From positions 9,517 through 65,955 of the forward strand of contig CACWIU010000002.1 in assembly GCA_902761025.1 (NCBI GenBank): a stretch of DNA of 56,439 bases, written 5' to 3'. The notes beneath the pieces are model-generated. The model had not been told where the DNA came from, did no database searches, and saw nothing but the letters and a program-made list of their open reading frames with translations. The stretch is from an uncultured Ruminococcus sp. Its GTDB lineage: Bacteria; Bacillota; Clostridia; Oscillospirales; Acutalibacteraceae. Below, piece after piece: positions 1 through 10,800 of the stretch (position 1 is the first letter of the stretch; each line of letters opens with the position of its first letter). The position numbers and the translations under genes were made by a program.

Positions 1-43
1 CAAACAGGATTACTTTTATATTATTACCGAAAGTAAAGAAAAT

Positions 44-76
44 TATAGATACGCTCGCTTTGAGGGCATATCTATA
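44..76 (-). terminator. candidate hairpin downstream of the histidine-kinase gene
   Basis: Inverted repeat TATAGATA (44-51) / TATCTATA (69-76). A T-rich tract follows on the minus strand. The stem is AT-rich and the loop is long. Confidence 0.3.
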
Positions 77-114
77 ATTTTAACAAATTTATAAACTTTA
101 GTCAATACTATATT

Positions 115-1554
115 TTAAGTTGATTCCTGTATTTTTTCGGAATCCTCTTCTTCATTGCTATTTTCACTATTATTTATATTATTATTTTTTTCTTCCGAAT
201 CAACAACGTATGGCAATATCAAAAAAATTCTTGTGCCTAAATTTTCATAGCTAAGCACATCAAAATATCCGTGGTGTTTGTCGGCAATCCATTTTGCGAT
301 TGAAAGTCCCAGACCCGAACCGCCGTTTGCTCGGGTACGTGCGGGGTCGCTCCTATAAAATCTCTCAAATATTTTATCTGCGTCGTCTTTCTTAATTCCC
401 ATGCCGTAGTCCTGAACGTCAATAGAAAACGTTTCTTCATCATGCTTTTGAAGTCTTAAAATAATATCTGTTTTGTTTGGCGAATATTTAACCGCATTAT
501 CTACAAGTATTCTCAGACACTGTTTTATAAGAGATATATCTGCCTGAGCGGTAATGTCTGCCCTCAAGTCGAGTATAAACTCATGTTCGGTATCTATCAT
601 AACAAATTCGTCGTAAATATCGCAAAGTAATTCGTTTATATTTATATTCTCCAAACGCAGTACCGTTCTTCCGCTGTCACCTCGTGCCAAAAAAAGCAGA
701 TTTTCTACTAAACGGTTCATATTTTCCGCTTCGCTCTTAATCGAGGCGATAGATTCGTCCAAAATTTCCTTATCTTCTCTTCCCCAGCGGTCAAGCATAT
801 TAGCATAACCTTGAATAACAGCAATAGGAGTTCTTAGCTCGTGAGAGGCATCGGAAACAAAACGAATTTGACTTTGATATGAAGTTCTCATTCTTTTAAG
901 CAAATCATTTATGGCGTCTTCCATTCCTAAAAACTCTTTTCTGCCGGTATGAAATTCTCTGTCGGCATTATCGGGAGAAAATTTGTTGATAGCGTCCTGA
1001 AGCGTTGAAAACTCCTCGCTGGTCAAATCAACATTTTTCAATGCTCTTGTAGCCTCGGTCATAGTGTAAAGAGGTTTTAATTTACGATTAATTTTAATAG
1101 GAACAGCCACGCAAGAAATTAAAAAAAATATTATTTGAATAGTTATTATGACAGGCAAAGTAATATATAAAAACTTCACATAATTTAAAGCAAAAAATTG
1201 TCTTTCCGCTCTTCCTGCTATTTGTATATACAAAACTGCCGAACTAAAATAATCGTACAATGTTCGCCAATGTTCCGGAAAAGAAATGCGAAAACCTGTA
1301 AAACGCTCAACAGAACCGTTTACTGTCATTTCTGCGTTAAACCAAAATATACTTGCCAATAATATAATATATGCAATATCAAAAAAAATATTTCCCATTA
1401 ATTGTGCCAACAGTCTTTCCCCTGTCAGCTGAACGGCAATAGAACGGTTGTTTAATTTTTCTTGAGCCGCTTCTTTTTTCTTTTGTATTTTTTGTGCTTT
1501 TTCAGTTTGAACATCTTCGCTTTCTTTTTTTATTTTAATCTTCTTTAATGACAT
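115..1554 (-). CDS. sensor histidine kinase (HisKA + HATPase_c) with N-terminal membrane segments
   Basis: H-box SDASHELRTPIAVIQGY; ATPase boxes DNAVKYSP, DYGMGI, GGSGLGLSIAK. Start set at ATG 1554 (MSLKKIK...) because the longer track ORF runs through the response-regulator coding region. Overlaps the upstream RR gene by 20 nt. Confidence 0.9.
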   Translation of the reverse strand: MSLKKIKIKKESEDVQTEKAQKIQKKKEAAQEKLNNRSIAVQLTGERLLAQLMGNIFFDIAYIILLASIFWFNAEMTVNGSVERFTGFRISFPEHWRTLYDYFSSAVLYIQIAGRAERQFFALNYVKFLYITLPVIITIQIIFFLISCVAVPIKINRKLKPLYTMTEATRALKNVDLTSEEFSTLQDAINKFSPDNADREFHTGRKEFLGMEDAINDLLKRMRTSYQSQIRFVSDASHELRTPIAVIQGYANMLDRWGREDKEILDESIASIKSEAENMNRLVENLLFLARGDSGRTVLRLENININELLCDIYDEFVMIDTEHEFILDLRADITAQADISLIKQCLRILVDNAVKYSPNKTDIILRLQKHDEETFSIDVQDYGMGIKKDDADKIFERFYRSDPARTRANGGSGLGLSIAKWIADKHHGYFDVLSYENLGTRIFLILPYVVDSEEKNNNINNSENSNEEEDSEKIQEST

Positions 1555-2215
1555 ACCCCACCCCCCTAACAGTGGTGATAATTTTAACATTAAATTTTTG
1601 GTCAATTTTTTGACGCAAATATCTGATATATACGTCAACTACATTAGTTTCTCCTATATAGTCATAGCCCCATACGTTTGTTAATAAGCTGTCGCGTGAC
1701 ATAACTATATTCTTGTTTTGCATTAATGTTTGAAGCAGTGCAAATTCTTTTGCGGTCAATTCGACAGGCACGCCGTTATATGTAACTTTAAAGCGGTTAA
1801 CGTCAAGCGTAATTCCGCAGCAGTGCAGAACTTCGGCTTTCTGCTCAGCCTGACCGGATTTTTTTCTTAACGTAACTCGAATACGAGCCAGCAATTCTTC
1901 AATGGCGAAAGGTTTTGTTATATAATCGTCCGCTCCCATATCCAGACCCGATACTTTATCCATTACAGCGTCACGAGCGGTAAGCATAATAACAGGCACA
2001 TTGGAATCACGTCTTATTCTTCTCAATATTTCAATGCCGTTGATACCGGGCAGCATTATATCAAGCAAAATCAAGTCATAACCGCCTTTTTCGGCAAGTG
2101 CAAGACCTGTTCTGCCGTCAAATGCTTTTTCAACTTCATAGCCCTCGTGCTTTAGTTCCAATTCAACAAAACGAGCGATTTTTTCTTCGTCGTCTACAAT
2201 CAATATTTTTTTCAT
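1535..2215 (-). CDS. OmpR/PhoB-family response regulator
   Basis: Receiver motifs ILIVDDE, LILLDIMLPG, TARD, ADDYITKPF, plus a C-terminal winged-helix (TVRGVGYVI). GAGG lies 7 nt upstream of ATG 2215. Confidence 0.92.
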   Translation of the reverse strand: MKKILIVDDEEKIARFVELELKHEGYEVEKAFDGRTGLALAEKGGYDLILLDIMLPGINGIEILRRIRRDSNVPVIMLTARDAVMDKVSGLDMGADDYITKPFAIEELLARIRVTLRKKSGQAEQKAEVLHCCGITLDVNRFKVTYNGVPVELTAKEFALLQTLMQNKNIVMSRDSLLTNVWGYDYIGETNVVDVYIRYLRQKIDQKFNVKIITTVRGVGYVIKED

Positions 2216-2245
2216 AACGAACCTCATTTTAATAAGTTTTTTTAT

Positions 2246-2274
2246 ATTATAACTCTTTTTACACTTATTGACAA
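2246..2274 (-). promoter_or_regulatory. sigma-A-type promoter candidate for the RR/HK pair
   Basis: Minus strand reads TTGTCA (2274-2269), 17-nt spacer, TATAAT (2251-2246). Confidence 0.45.
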
Positions 2275-2302
2275 TATTTGTATAATCAAAAAAACTTTTA
2301 CA

Positions 2303-2352
2303 GCAAAAATAAGTCTATCCGTCAAAGTTTAAAAAACTTAACGGATAGACTT
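2303..2352 (-). terminator. intrinsic terminator after the DUF4342-like gene pair
   Basis: 12-bp stem AAGTCTATCCGT (2311-2322) / ACGGATAGACTT (2341-2352). On the minus strand it is followed by ATTTTTG. Confidence 0.6.
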
Positions 2353-2366
2353 TTGTTAAATCACAA

Positions 2367-2912
2367 TTATTTGACAAGGATAGATTTCAAATTCTGTGCA
2401 AAGGCATAAATTCTTGAAAGAACTCCGTTAAATCTGTCATTGCCCAATTCGCTGCCTTTAAAGCAATAACTAACGTCAAAGAACATTGCAATAAACATTA
2501 CCATAAAAACGGTGCTTATGCTTGAGAACATCAAAATAATCAGTACGAGAACCGGAACAGTTAATACTTCGTTGCCGTTGTGAATTACGGAAATAGTATT
2601 GCTCAAGCTGATATTGATTAAATACTTCAATGTTTTGCCAAAGTTACTATTTGAACTGTCTTCGCTGCGAGGCTGTTTTTCCTCGTTGATATTAAATTTT
2701 CCGTCATCGGAGAAATTCGGATTTTGCGGCTCGGCTGCCGGCTGATTAGTTGTGAAGCTCGACGCTGAATCTGCTTTCTGAACATAGGTTTGCTCAACAT
2801 AAATCATTGCTTCAAGCAAATCCCAGTCATACTTTTTCAATGCTTCTTCTGCCTGCTCTGCGGTAATACCTGTTCTGTTTACAATTTTTTCTACCATTTC
2901 TGCGTTTGTCAT
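2367..2912 (-). CDS. membrane protein with N-terminal UBA/EF-Ts-N-like domain and DUF4342-like C-terminal segment
   Basis: N-terminus TGITAEQAEEALKKYDWDLLEAMIYVE; low-complexity linker; C-terminal NTISVIHNGNEVLTVPVLVLIILMF... hydrophobic segment. GGAAGGTGA lies upstream of the ATG. Confidence 0.6.
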   Translation of the reverse strand: MTNAEMVEKIVNRTGITAEQAEEALKKYDWDLLEAMIYVEQTYVQKADSASSFTTNQPAAEPQNPNFSDDGKFNINEEKQPRSEDSSNSNFGKTLKYLINISLSNTISVIHNGNEVLTVPVLVLIILMFSSISTVFMVMFIAMFFDVSYCFKGSELGNDRFNGVLSRIYAFAQNLKSILVK

Positions 2913-2943
2913 AATATTTCACCTTCCGTATTATCTGTCACAA

Positions 2944-3681
2944 TTACATTTTTGTGCTGTTAATGCCTTTTTGAAAATCGTCTTTCATCGTGCGATACTC
3001 TTCTTTCATTGTATCCCTGCTTGAAAGGAAATCCTCTTTCATCTTTTCAGTTGTAGTTTTAGCTCTGCTAAAAATCTCGTCAAGAGGTCTTGAACCAAAA
3101 ATTCCTCTCTCAAACGAGAATCTGAAATCAAAGAACAAGCCTATAATCATAAGGGGAACTATCGGGAAAAATGCCACGATTAAAGCAATTATGAAAACAA
3201 GCAGCGGAATCCTGAAAATACATCTTTCTCTTTTGCGAACCACAAAGTAATACTGCATACCGGAGTTTATTGCGTTTTCTGTTCTTCCGCAGAATCTTCC
3301 GAGCATCTCTCCGAAAGAAACCGGCGGCTGTTCATATTGCGGCTGTCCAAACGGTGGGTTCCCAAACGGCGGCTGAGGAGCTCCGGAAAAATGCGTGTAA
3401 TTAGGCTGATTGTTAATTCCGTGTCCGCTCATCTTAGGCTCGTTGCCGAATGTCGGCATACCAAACTGTCCGTTATTGCCAGGCTGATAACCGCTTACGA
3501 AACCGTGGTTCATTGGGTCATTTATCGGCGGCTTTGGCGGTCTGCCGTGCGGCTTATGCTCTTCGATGTAAATAGCGGCGTCCAGCATGTCCCAGTTTGA
3601 TTTTTCCAACGCTTCTTTTGCCTCTGCAAGACTTACCTTTGTCTTTTCGCTTAACGTTTCTACCATTTCATAACTTTTCAT
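2944..3681 (-). CDS. paralogous UBA-like/DUF4342-like membrane protein with a P/G/Q/N-rich linker
   Basis: N-terminus KVSLAEAKEALEKSNWDMLDAAIYIEE. About 90 aa of P/G/Q/N-rich linker. Then YYFVVRKRERCIFRIPLLVFIIALIVAFFPIVPLMIIGLFF. The track's TTG at 3696 is really part of a GGAGG SD, so the start is ATG 3681. Confidence 0.6.
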   Translation of the reverse strand: MKSYEMVETLSEKTKVSLAEAKEALEKSNWDMLDAAIYIEEHKPHGRPPKPPINDPMNHGFVSGYQPGNNGQFGMPTFGNEPKMSGHGINNQPNYTHFSGAPQPPFGNPPFGQPQYEQPPVSFGEMLGRFCGRTENAINSGMQYYFVVRKRERCIFRIPLLVFIIALIVAFFPIVPLMIIGLFFDFRFSFERGIFGSRPLDEIFSRAKTTTEKMKEDFLSSRDTMKEEYRTMKDDFQKGINSTKM

Positions 3682-3905
3682 TTTCAATACCTCCAAAATT
3701 TTAAACGCTGTGCGTTTGTCCCTTTTTACGACTTATAAACTAAAATCGTCACAACAATAAGGAATCCGGTTTTCTGTGCTGTCTTTATCGCTGTGACTAT
3801 ATAATACATCCTTTACATTAAAAAAAAATTTAGAAAAGATTAAAATTTGATTAGAAAAATCTTAAGTTTTTTAAAAATTCTTAAAAACTCAAAAGTGTTA
3901 TAATT

Positions 3906-4487
3906 TTATATTTTTTCTCCGTAAACTTCAAAAATACCCGTCAGCGACGCTCGAATTGTACCCGAAATGTATTCGATAACAATCTTTCTGTCAGCTCCCT
4001 TATTGTTTCGTATCCAATCAAATATAATCCCTGAAAAAGCCTCGGTGTAAAATTGACTTAAAAAAGCTTTGTAATTTTGTTCAAGAGTTTTATTGCGTTT
4101 TTGCTCGGAAGCCGTTATAATCTTATTCACAACTTCCAGCAAATCGGCGTAAAATAAATTCTTTACAAGGTCATGACCGATAGATTCATAAGCGGAATTT
4201 ATAACGGCACTGTTATTTTCCAAATAATCCATTAAAAAGTTGATTGCATCTTCATAATCTACAATTAAATCAAACTTTTTTACTATCTCAATCGCATCTT
4301 GTTCAAGCATCCACTTTAAAAGTACATATATGTCTTGAAAATGATAATAAAATGTCTTTCTGTTCAAACCGCATTCTTTTATTATTTCACTGACTGTGAT
4401 TTTTGAAAACGGTTTTTTTGCCATTGAACTGCGAAGTGCCGACGCTAAAGCCTTTTTTGTATTCATAGACGCAACTTCATGTTTCAT
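3906..4487 (-). CDS. TetR/AcrR-family transcriptional regulator
   Basis: N-terminal HTH FSKITVSEIIKECGLNRKTFYYHFQDIY. AAGGAG lies 10 nt upstream of ATG 4487. Confidence 0.85.
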   Translation of the reverse strand: MKHEVASMNTKKALASALRSSMAKKPFSKITVSEIIKECGLNRKTFYYHFQDIYVLLKWMLEQDAIEIVKKFDLIVDYEDAINFLMDYLENNSAVINSAYESIGHDLVKNLFYADLLEVVNKIITASEQKRNKTLEQNYKAFLSQFYTEAFSGIIFDWIRNNKGADRKIVIEYISGTIRASLTGIFEVYGEKI

Positions 4488-4558
4488 TGCTTACAATACT
4501 CCTTAAAATTTTTTATGTATTTATTTGTTGCCTTATTTATTTTTACACATTTATCCGT

Positions 4559-4587
4559 CAAATACAAGGGATAAAACAATGTATTTG
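4559..4587. promoter_or_regulatory. candidate TetR operator (inverted repeat)
   Basis: CAAATACA (4559-4566) / TGTATTTG (4580-4587), 13-nt spacer, in the tetR / yitT-like divergent intergenic region. Confidence 0.25.
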
Positions 4588-4862
4588 TCCTATAAAAAAC
4601 TTTGTTATATTTTGCTATTGACAAATAAACAAAGAAAAATCTCCGAAGAATTAACCAAACTTTTGAAAATAATTTATAAGCGATGATAAAATAACAAATT
4701 TTAAAAAATACTTTTAAATTTAAAATTATATAAAAGTTTTCAATATATTAACAACTTAATGTGAAATTTATTTTATAATATAAAGGGGCATTGTATTATT
4801 AAAGATTTTATTGCCAATGTTTGAAAATATAAATATATTTCATAATGAGAGCAGTGAGTAAA

Positions 4863-5849
4863 ATGTCAAAAAAAAGAAAACCAAAACAAAATCTTAAAGA
4901 TTCGCCGCAAAAAACAGTCCGTGAACTTGTTATTAACGAAGAAGAAAAAATTAAAGAAAACGATACCGGAACAAAAGCTGTAAAAAAAGAAATTTACACT
5001 TTTCCAATAATTTTATTCGGCGGATTGATTTATTCTTTCGGTATGAACTGTTTTCTAAGACCTTTGCATTTATATTCCGGCGGTATGATGGGATTCGCTC
5101 AGCTGTTTCAAGAACTCCTGTTAAGAGCAGGCGTTACTTTTGACGGATTTAACATTTCAGGTATCATTTATTATTTGATGAACGTTCCTGCTATTATCAT
5201 CGCAATTAAAAGTATGCGGAGAAGATTTATTATAAAGACTTTTTTCGCCATAACTTCTATCACTATTTTGCTTTCGGTTATTCCCATTCCGACAACTCCT
5301 ATCCTTGACGACAGAATTACAAATACCATTATTGCAGGGTTGATTTGCGGAACAGGAATTGGCTTGATTCTTTGGGGTGGTTCTTGTGACGGCGGAATGA
5401 ATATTATAGGCATGCTCCTTATCTCTAAGCGTGGCAAGGGCAGCGTTGGAAATATCGGATTGTTCGCTAATATTATTCTGTACATAATTATGCTCTTTAT
5501 TTTTGACCCTGCTACCGTTATTTACTCTCTGATTTATTCGGTTTTTAACTCTATTGCCGTTGACAGAATACATACGCAGAATATCGCAAGCCAGATTATG
5601 GTCATTACTAAGCAAAAAGACACAACCGCCATGGAAGTTGACGTTATGGGTAAACTTAACCGCGGTATGACCGAAATAAACGCAAGCGGATTGTTTACCG
5701 GAGATGACGTCAAAATCTTTATTATCTTTGTAAGCAAGTATGAAGTTAACAGACTTCGCAGGATTATTAAAAGTCATGACGAATATGCTTTCATTGTGGA
5801 AACAACCGTTACAAGGATTGACGGTAATTTTATTAAAAAAATCGCTTGA
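4863..5849 (+). CDS. YitT-family membrane protein (C-terminal DUF2179-like domain)
   Basis: Multi-pass hydrophobic core with a C-terminal MVITKQKDTTAMEVDVMGKLNRGMTEINASG...FIVETTVTRIDGNF module typical of YitT/DUF2179. The start is uncertain (4845 or 4863). Confidence 0.75.
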   Translation: MSKKRKPKQNLKDSPQKTVRELVINEEEKIKENDTGTKAVKKEIYTFPIILFGGLIYSFGMNCFLRPLHLYSGGMMGFAQLFQELLLRAGVTFDGFNISGIIYYLMNVPAIIIAIKSMRRRFIIKTFFAITSITILLSVIPIPTTPILDDRITNTIIAGLICGTGIGLILWGGSCDGGMNIIGMLLISKRGKGSVGNIGLFANIILYIIMLFIFDPATVIYSLIYSVFNSIAVDRIHTQNIASQIMVITKQKDTTAMEVDVMGKLNRGMTEINASGLFTGDDVKIFIIFVSKYEVNRLRRIIKSHDEYAFIVETTVTRIDGNFIKKIA

Positions 5850-5864
5850 TTATATTTAAAATTA

Positions 5865-5908
5865 TAAGTCCTAATGCAGCCATACAGCCGCTTTAGGACT
5901 TATTTTTA
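5865..5908. terminator. bidirectional terminator between convergent genes
   Basis: 10-bp stem TAAGTCCTAA (5865-5874) / TTAGGACTTA (5893-5902) followed by TTTTTA. Confidence 0.6.
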
Positions 5909-5913
5909 TAGTA

Positions 5914-7713
5914 TTAAATAACAGTAAATGTTCCGATATAATTGCCGCATACAGTGGAATTATAAATAATATTAACAGTAGTATTGCTTGTTACTGTGTA
6001 AACTGAGGGCTGCACACTGTAAGCAAATTGTCCTGCATTTGCAAAACGAACACAGCTTGCCTCGTTTGTGCTTCCGTTCGGATTTTCCGACGCAATGCGG
6101 AGATATACTTCATAGTTGCCTTTTTTAATATCATCAGGCAATGACAAGGACAATTCATAATCGTTCGACGAACCGCCTACCCATGACCCAACATTCATAT
6201 CCGTACGCAAAACATACATATTGTCGCCGTTGGAATTATCCGAAAGAATAATTTCCGTTACTTTATCATCGGAAATATTGGAGAAACCCGTATTGTCAAT
6301 TTTGCCCCTGAGCGTTAACAAACCGCCCTGAGATACGCTTTCGGGAAGATATGATTCCTTTAAAACCAATCTGTAACCGAGGTGGTCTTCAAAGAATGTT
6401 GCAACAGATTTTCCTTTATACGCCGACAAATCAGCCTCAACATTACCGTCTGTACGCAGTTTTGTAATAAGTGCATCGCCAACCTTAGCGGTAGACCAGC
6501 CGCCGTAAGTGTATTTAACCGAAGTACCCGATACAGTTGCACTGCCTGTCATGCCCGAGCCAAGCTCATTAAGCCATGTTGTATACTGATTAGCCATTGT
6601 TGTTGCTTTGTCGCTGCTTGAATAAGAACAAGTGCAGCTTCCGCCGTTTTTAAACTGTCCCGTTAATTCGTAAGCTCTGTTTCCGCCATGGTAATATGTA
6701 AGATGTGTGTTGTAAAACTCTGTCATGGCATTTAACGGCTGCCATATTGCATTTTCTGTTCTTACATATCCCGACGCACCCGAAAATTCACCGCCGTAAA
6801 TTGTGTTTGCAGACTGATGATTTACAAGACTAACATAATTCTCTCTTGAAGAATAGAAAGTACCGGCATCGTTATTGTCCTGAATCATACCGTCATTGTA
6901 AAAGCCAATCCTATTAAAAACCTCATTCTCAAACGTATACGCCGCGCAATTTCCTCTTGTGATTTTTTCGGGATAAAAAATTCCGTTCACCGTTTTGCTT
7001 CTATATTTTGATTCGTAAATATCGGAATTATTTACATAGTAAATATATTCGTCAAGCGTTCTGACACCGACAGGAATCGTATCGGGAAGTGACGTAAGCC
7101 ATTTGTCAAGTATTTGACGCTTATGCTCGTCTCCTACGTATCTGCCGTCGTGCATTTCGCCGAATTGACCCGCCATACCGCATTCAATGCCTACAACGAT
7201 GTCGGGGTATTTGCTGATGACTGACGCAAGCTGCTCTTGATGTGTTTGCAGCATTTCAAAAGCAGCCGGTTCTGATTTTGCAACAGTGCCGTTAGTATCA
7301 TAACACCCGCGAATAATACATGAGCCGCCGTTTTTTCTAAGAGCTGCAAGCGAACTGTCAAACCAATTCAAAAACCAATCATCAATGGGTTTATCGGTAT
7401 AGTTTGTATCGCCAGACCCCGAACTCCACCGAGATAGCTCAATATAATAAAACTGAAAACCCTTGACTGCCGAACCGCTCAAAGGAGCAGAGGAAGAATT
7501 AAGACTTTTTGTATTTATTACATTGGAAGAAATCGTAAATCCACAATCAGATTGATTAATACGCCCTACTAATTCAGTATAAGATATATCCTGCTTTTTG
7601 AGAGAATCGGCTGCCGACGAATTGAAAGAAGAATTCATGACAGATGTTACGGAAACTAAACCCAACGACAACACACCGATAATCGCAGCAGCAGTAGTAA
7701 GTATTTTTTTCAT
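5914..7713 (-). CDS. secreted glycoside-hydrolase-like protein (DUF4874/DUF4832-like)
   Basis: Signal peptide MKKILTTAAAIIGVLSLGLVSV. TIM-barrel-like segment with GIECGMAGQFGEMHDG and RIGFYNDGMIQDNNDAGTF, plus a C-terminal beta-rich module. The family assignment is from memory of these DUFs, not from a search. Confidence 0.5.
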   Translation of the reverse strand: MKKILTTAAAIIGVLSLGLVSVTSVMNSSFNSSAADSLKKQDISYTELVGRINQSDCGFTISSNVINTKSLNSSSAPLSGSAVKGFQFYYIELSRWSSGSGDTNYTDKPIDDWFLNWFDSSLAALRKNGGSCIIRGCYDTNGTVAKSEPAAFEMLQTHQEQLASVISKYPDIVVGIECGMAGQFGEMHDGRYVGDEHKRQILDKWLTSLPDTIPVGVRTLDEYIYYVNNSDIYESKYRSKTVNGIFYPEKITRGNCAAYTFENEVFNRIGFYNDGMIQDNNDAGTFYSSRENYVSLVNHQSANTIYGGEFSGASGYVRTENAIWQPLNAMTEFYNTHLTYYHGGNRAYELTGQFKNGGSCTCSYSSSDKATTMANQYTTWLNELGSGMTGSATVSGTSVKYTYGGWSTAKVGDALITKLRTDGNVEADLSAYKGKSVATFFEDHLGYRLVLKESYLPESVSQGGLLTLRGKIDNTGFSNISDDKVTEIILSDNSNGDNMYVLRTDMNVGSWVGGSSNDYELSLSLPDDIKKGNYEVYLRIASENPNGSTNEASCVRFANAGQFAYSVQPSVYTVTSNTTVNIIYNSTVCGNYIGTFTVI

Positions 7714-7795
7714 TACAAATTAACCGCCTTTCCAAACAAAATATCATTGTACTTTGATTTGCAATGATTATTTTGTGTTTTTTTATGTATTTTCA

Positions 7796-7825
7796 CAAGG
7801 CAGCAGACAGATTTCCGCTGCCTTG
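7796..7825 (-). terminator. hairpin just downstream of the 1281-aa gene (no clean U-tract)
   Basis: 9-bp GC-rich stem CAAGGCAGC (7796-7804) / GCTGCCTTG (7817-7825), located 12 nt after the stop codon. Confidence 0.4.
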
Positions 7826-7836
7826 TAAAAAATTTA

Positions 7837-10800
7837 TTATCCTACGTTCATATACGGAATGTAATTTTCGCTGACAATCCATTCTCCGTTATTCTTAACA
7901 GCCGCAAATGTAAGAATAGCTGCATTTGCTCCGTTTTCGCAAGCGCTTTGCGCAGTAAATGAGTTCGAGAACTGCACTCTGTTTTTATTGTTGAGCATAA
8001 TCTTAAAGTTCTGAACATCAACATCCGCCTCATCTGAAACAACGTCAAAATTATCCGCAATAATCTGTGCCTTACCGTCAGTGCCTACAACAATTACTTT
8101 TATATTGCGTCCTGTCGAAGCCGTTTCACTATCAAGCAAGTTTTTAATTTCTTGCTTTAATGAAGTAATATCAATCTGAGGATAATTATTTGCCCAATCG
8201 GTAGTTTCTGTTGACTTCAATCTGACATAAATAACAGCGGCGTTAGAAATGTCGTTGCAGTCAAAGGCATTCATAACAGTATTGATTTTGATTTTTTCAA
8301 TCTCAACGCCGTTTTCGGATACTCTGTATTTTTCCGTATCGTTCTGCGTAACTGTAACGGTTGGAACAGGGTTTGAAGAACTATCGGCTTTTTTGTAAAC
8401 CGCTGTTAACGCGATATTGTTTGTAACTCGTCCCGTATAGCTCCTATCGGCTGAAACCTTTACCAATGAAGAATCATACCAGCCGTCAAACACATATTTT
8501 ACGCCTGCTTCGTCTGTAAACGAACTTACGGCTGTCGGCATTTGCTCTTTGCCGTAGTAACTGTCAAGAGCAAAATTAGACAAGTATCCGCTTTCGCTGT
8601 AATCGGTATCAGCTGACAAGCTCATGTTATAAAATACGTCATAAACAGAAATTTCAGTATTGCCAACCATATAAAGAGATTTGTTATTGTCCAAAACTTC
8701 TGCCGAATAAATGCCGTTTTCGTCTGCAAAAGACAACCCCGCATGGTAAATTCTCGGATTGTTGAATCCGTGAACAATTACTTTTGTGACTGAGTTCGGA
8801 TTTGCGTAAGCGTCTGTTTCGCTGATTTCTTCCGTATCGGCAAAATACTGCACCCACTTTTCGGAACTGCCGACATTACCGTAACCGTCCGTATGATATT
8901 GGAGAACAGAATCGTTATAACATTCGCCGTATGTCTTATATTGAGCTATACCGTAAGTATTGCGTTCTATGTTGTTTTCGCCGTCGGTTTTTAACGAATG
9001 ATAGTTAGTTTGACTTTTTATGCCCTGCAAAGCCTTAGCCTGCGACATATAGAACGAATACTCGCTCATAAGGTTCATATACTTGGGCAATTTCTTACTA
9101 ACCGATTCATAAGCGTTAAAAACTGTTTCAGCCATTCCGTTCTCGGAAATTTCCTGAGTAACCGAAACGCTTTGTTCGGAATTTGACATTTCCGTATGTT
9201 TGTCCAAATCACGCTGATAATACTTAAACTCAACTTCAAGCTCCGTATTAACAGGTTCGTCGCCCGGAACAATTACCTCGCACTGAGCGATATTGCTTGT
9301 TGCTCCTACGCTGCCAAAAGCTGCCCATACGGAAATTGTATATTTGCCTGCTGTTGTGGGAACAAACTGATTATTTGCAACAGGATATGTATTGCCGTTT
9401 TGGTCTTTTACTTCCGTAACTATTGTATAACTTTCCTGACCTGCTGTTTTTCCGTTACAATCTTCTTTTGTATAAGAGAACTGAACAGGACTGTCTTTTG
9501 TCGGCTCTGCCGTTAAGCATGTAACTGATTTTATGTTCATTGCCTCTATCAGAACAGTAGTATTTTGACCAACACCGAAAGAGTAATAACTATAACAAGC
9601 TCCTGCTTTCAACTCGCCTGCCGCAATTTTGTAGCCATAGCAATTCTCATCTATAACTCCGCCGTCGTGTTCAGGCTCGCCGATAATAACAGCTGCGTTT
9701 TGCTCCGCTTTGTACATTCTTACATAGAATGTCTTTGAAGAAAATCTGTTTGTATCATTCAGCTTATATAATGTGCATTCGGTGTCAAACACAGCGACAG
9801 GACTTAACTTAACGCCGTCCGCAACAACATTTATATTTCTTGCTGCTTCTCCCCAGTTTGAAGCGACTGCCGCATAGAAAAAGACATCTTTCTTTTGTTC
9901 AAACACAGCGTTGACAGTAACCGAACTATCGGGCATGACGCCTGTATATTGAGATTTATCGGTCATTTCGCCGAACTTTTCTTCTCCGTTCACGGTAAGC
10001 GAAGAAAGTACGTAACCCTCGTCGGGAGTAACGTCAATAGTATAGCTTTCGCCTACGCCATATTTACTGTTTGACGCTTCTATTGTGCCGTGTTCGGTTT
10101 GCGAACATACAAGACTATAAATTACTTTATAGTGTGCGATAACTTGTTCGTTATCTGCTGTCGGATAGAATGTCGTTTGTGCGTTTGCGGCATTCTCAAA
10201 CGAACCTGTTCCATTTGCGGTAGTCCATTCGATAAAGCCGTATTCCTTGTCATTCTCAACTACGGACGCAGCAGCCGATACTTCCGCACCCTGCGGCAGC
10301 TCTACAACATTATTTGGCGTTACTGTCGGCGTACTTCCGGCATAGTCAACATACTGTGATGTTCCGTTGCTTGACATAGCCTTTGCGGAAAATCCGCCGT
10401 ATCTCAATGTATAATACATGAAAGGACTGCTCGGGTCTGAATTGTCTAACCAAAGAGTAACTTTTCCTGCGGCTGCATTTTTATCGTTGAAACATATACC
10501 GCCGCCGCAGTTTGTTCCGTATGTAACCGCAATATGCTCGCCCGGCTTTGTATTCGTCAATACCGTATTTGCCGAAGGTGCATAATACTTACCCGAAGCG
10601 GAACGAGGATAATTTGTACCCTCTCTTACAAGGAAATAATACGGTGAGCCGCTCGGAGCGGTAAGCTCTGCTATAGTGGAATTGGTTACAAAGTTATAAA
10701 CATTTTCCTGTTCGGTCTTACTGAAAGCGATGTTTGTTGAAGATGTTGACCAACTTGTATTATTTACGCTGACAGTATTATTTGAAGAATCCTTACAAAT

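Noticed and set aside
1555-1638. N-terminal extensions of track ORFs: HK to 1638, RR to 2227, LRR-dockerin to 13747, FDP to 14587, transposase TTG 16654, HydF to 49793, Icd to 54015, aquaporin to 39946.
   Set aside because: The internal starts have proper SD spacing and give N-termini matching the families. The extensions overlap upstream genes or intergenic promoters.
5157-5777. Long antisense or alternative-frame ORFs in the track. Examples: 5157-5777(-), 12918-13325(-), 15940-16503(-), 25389-26066(+), 27932-28513(+), 37105-37695(+), 45924-46517(-), 47331-48134(-), 50439-51377(+).
   Set aside because: Each lies entirely inside, or antisense to, a gene with strong family motifs. None has an SD-start context, and their composition is low-complexity or Cys/Arg/Phe-rich, typical of shadow frames in AT-rich DNA.
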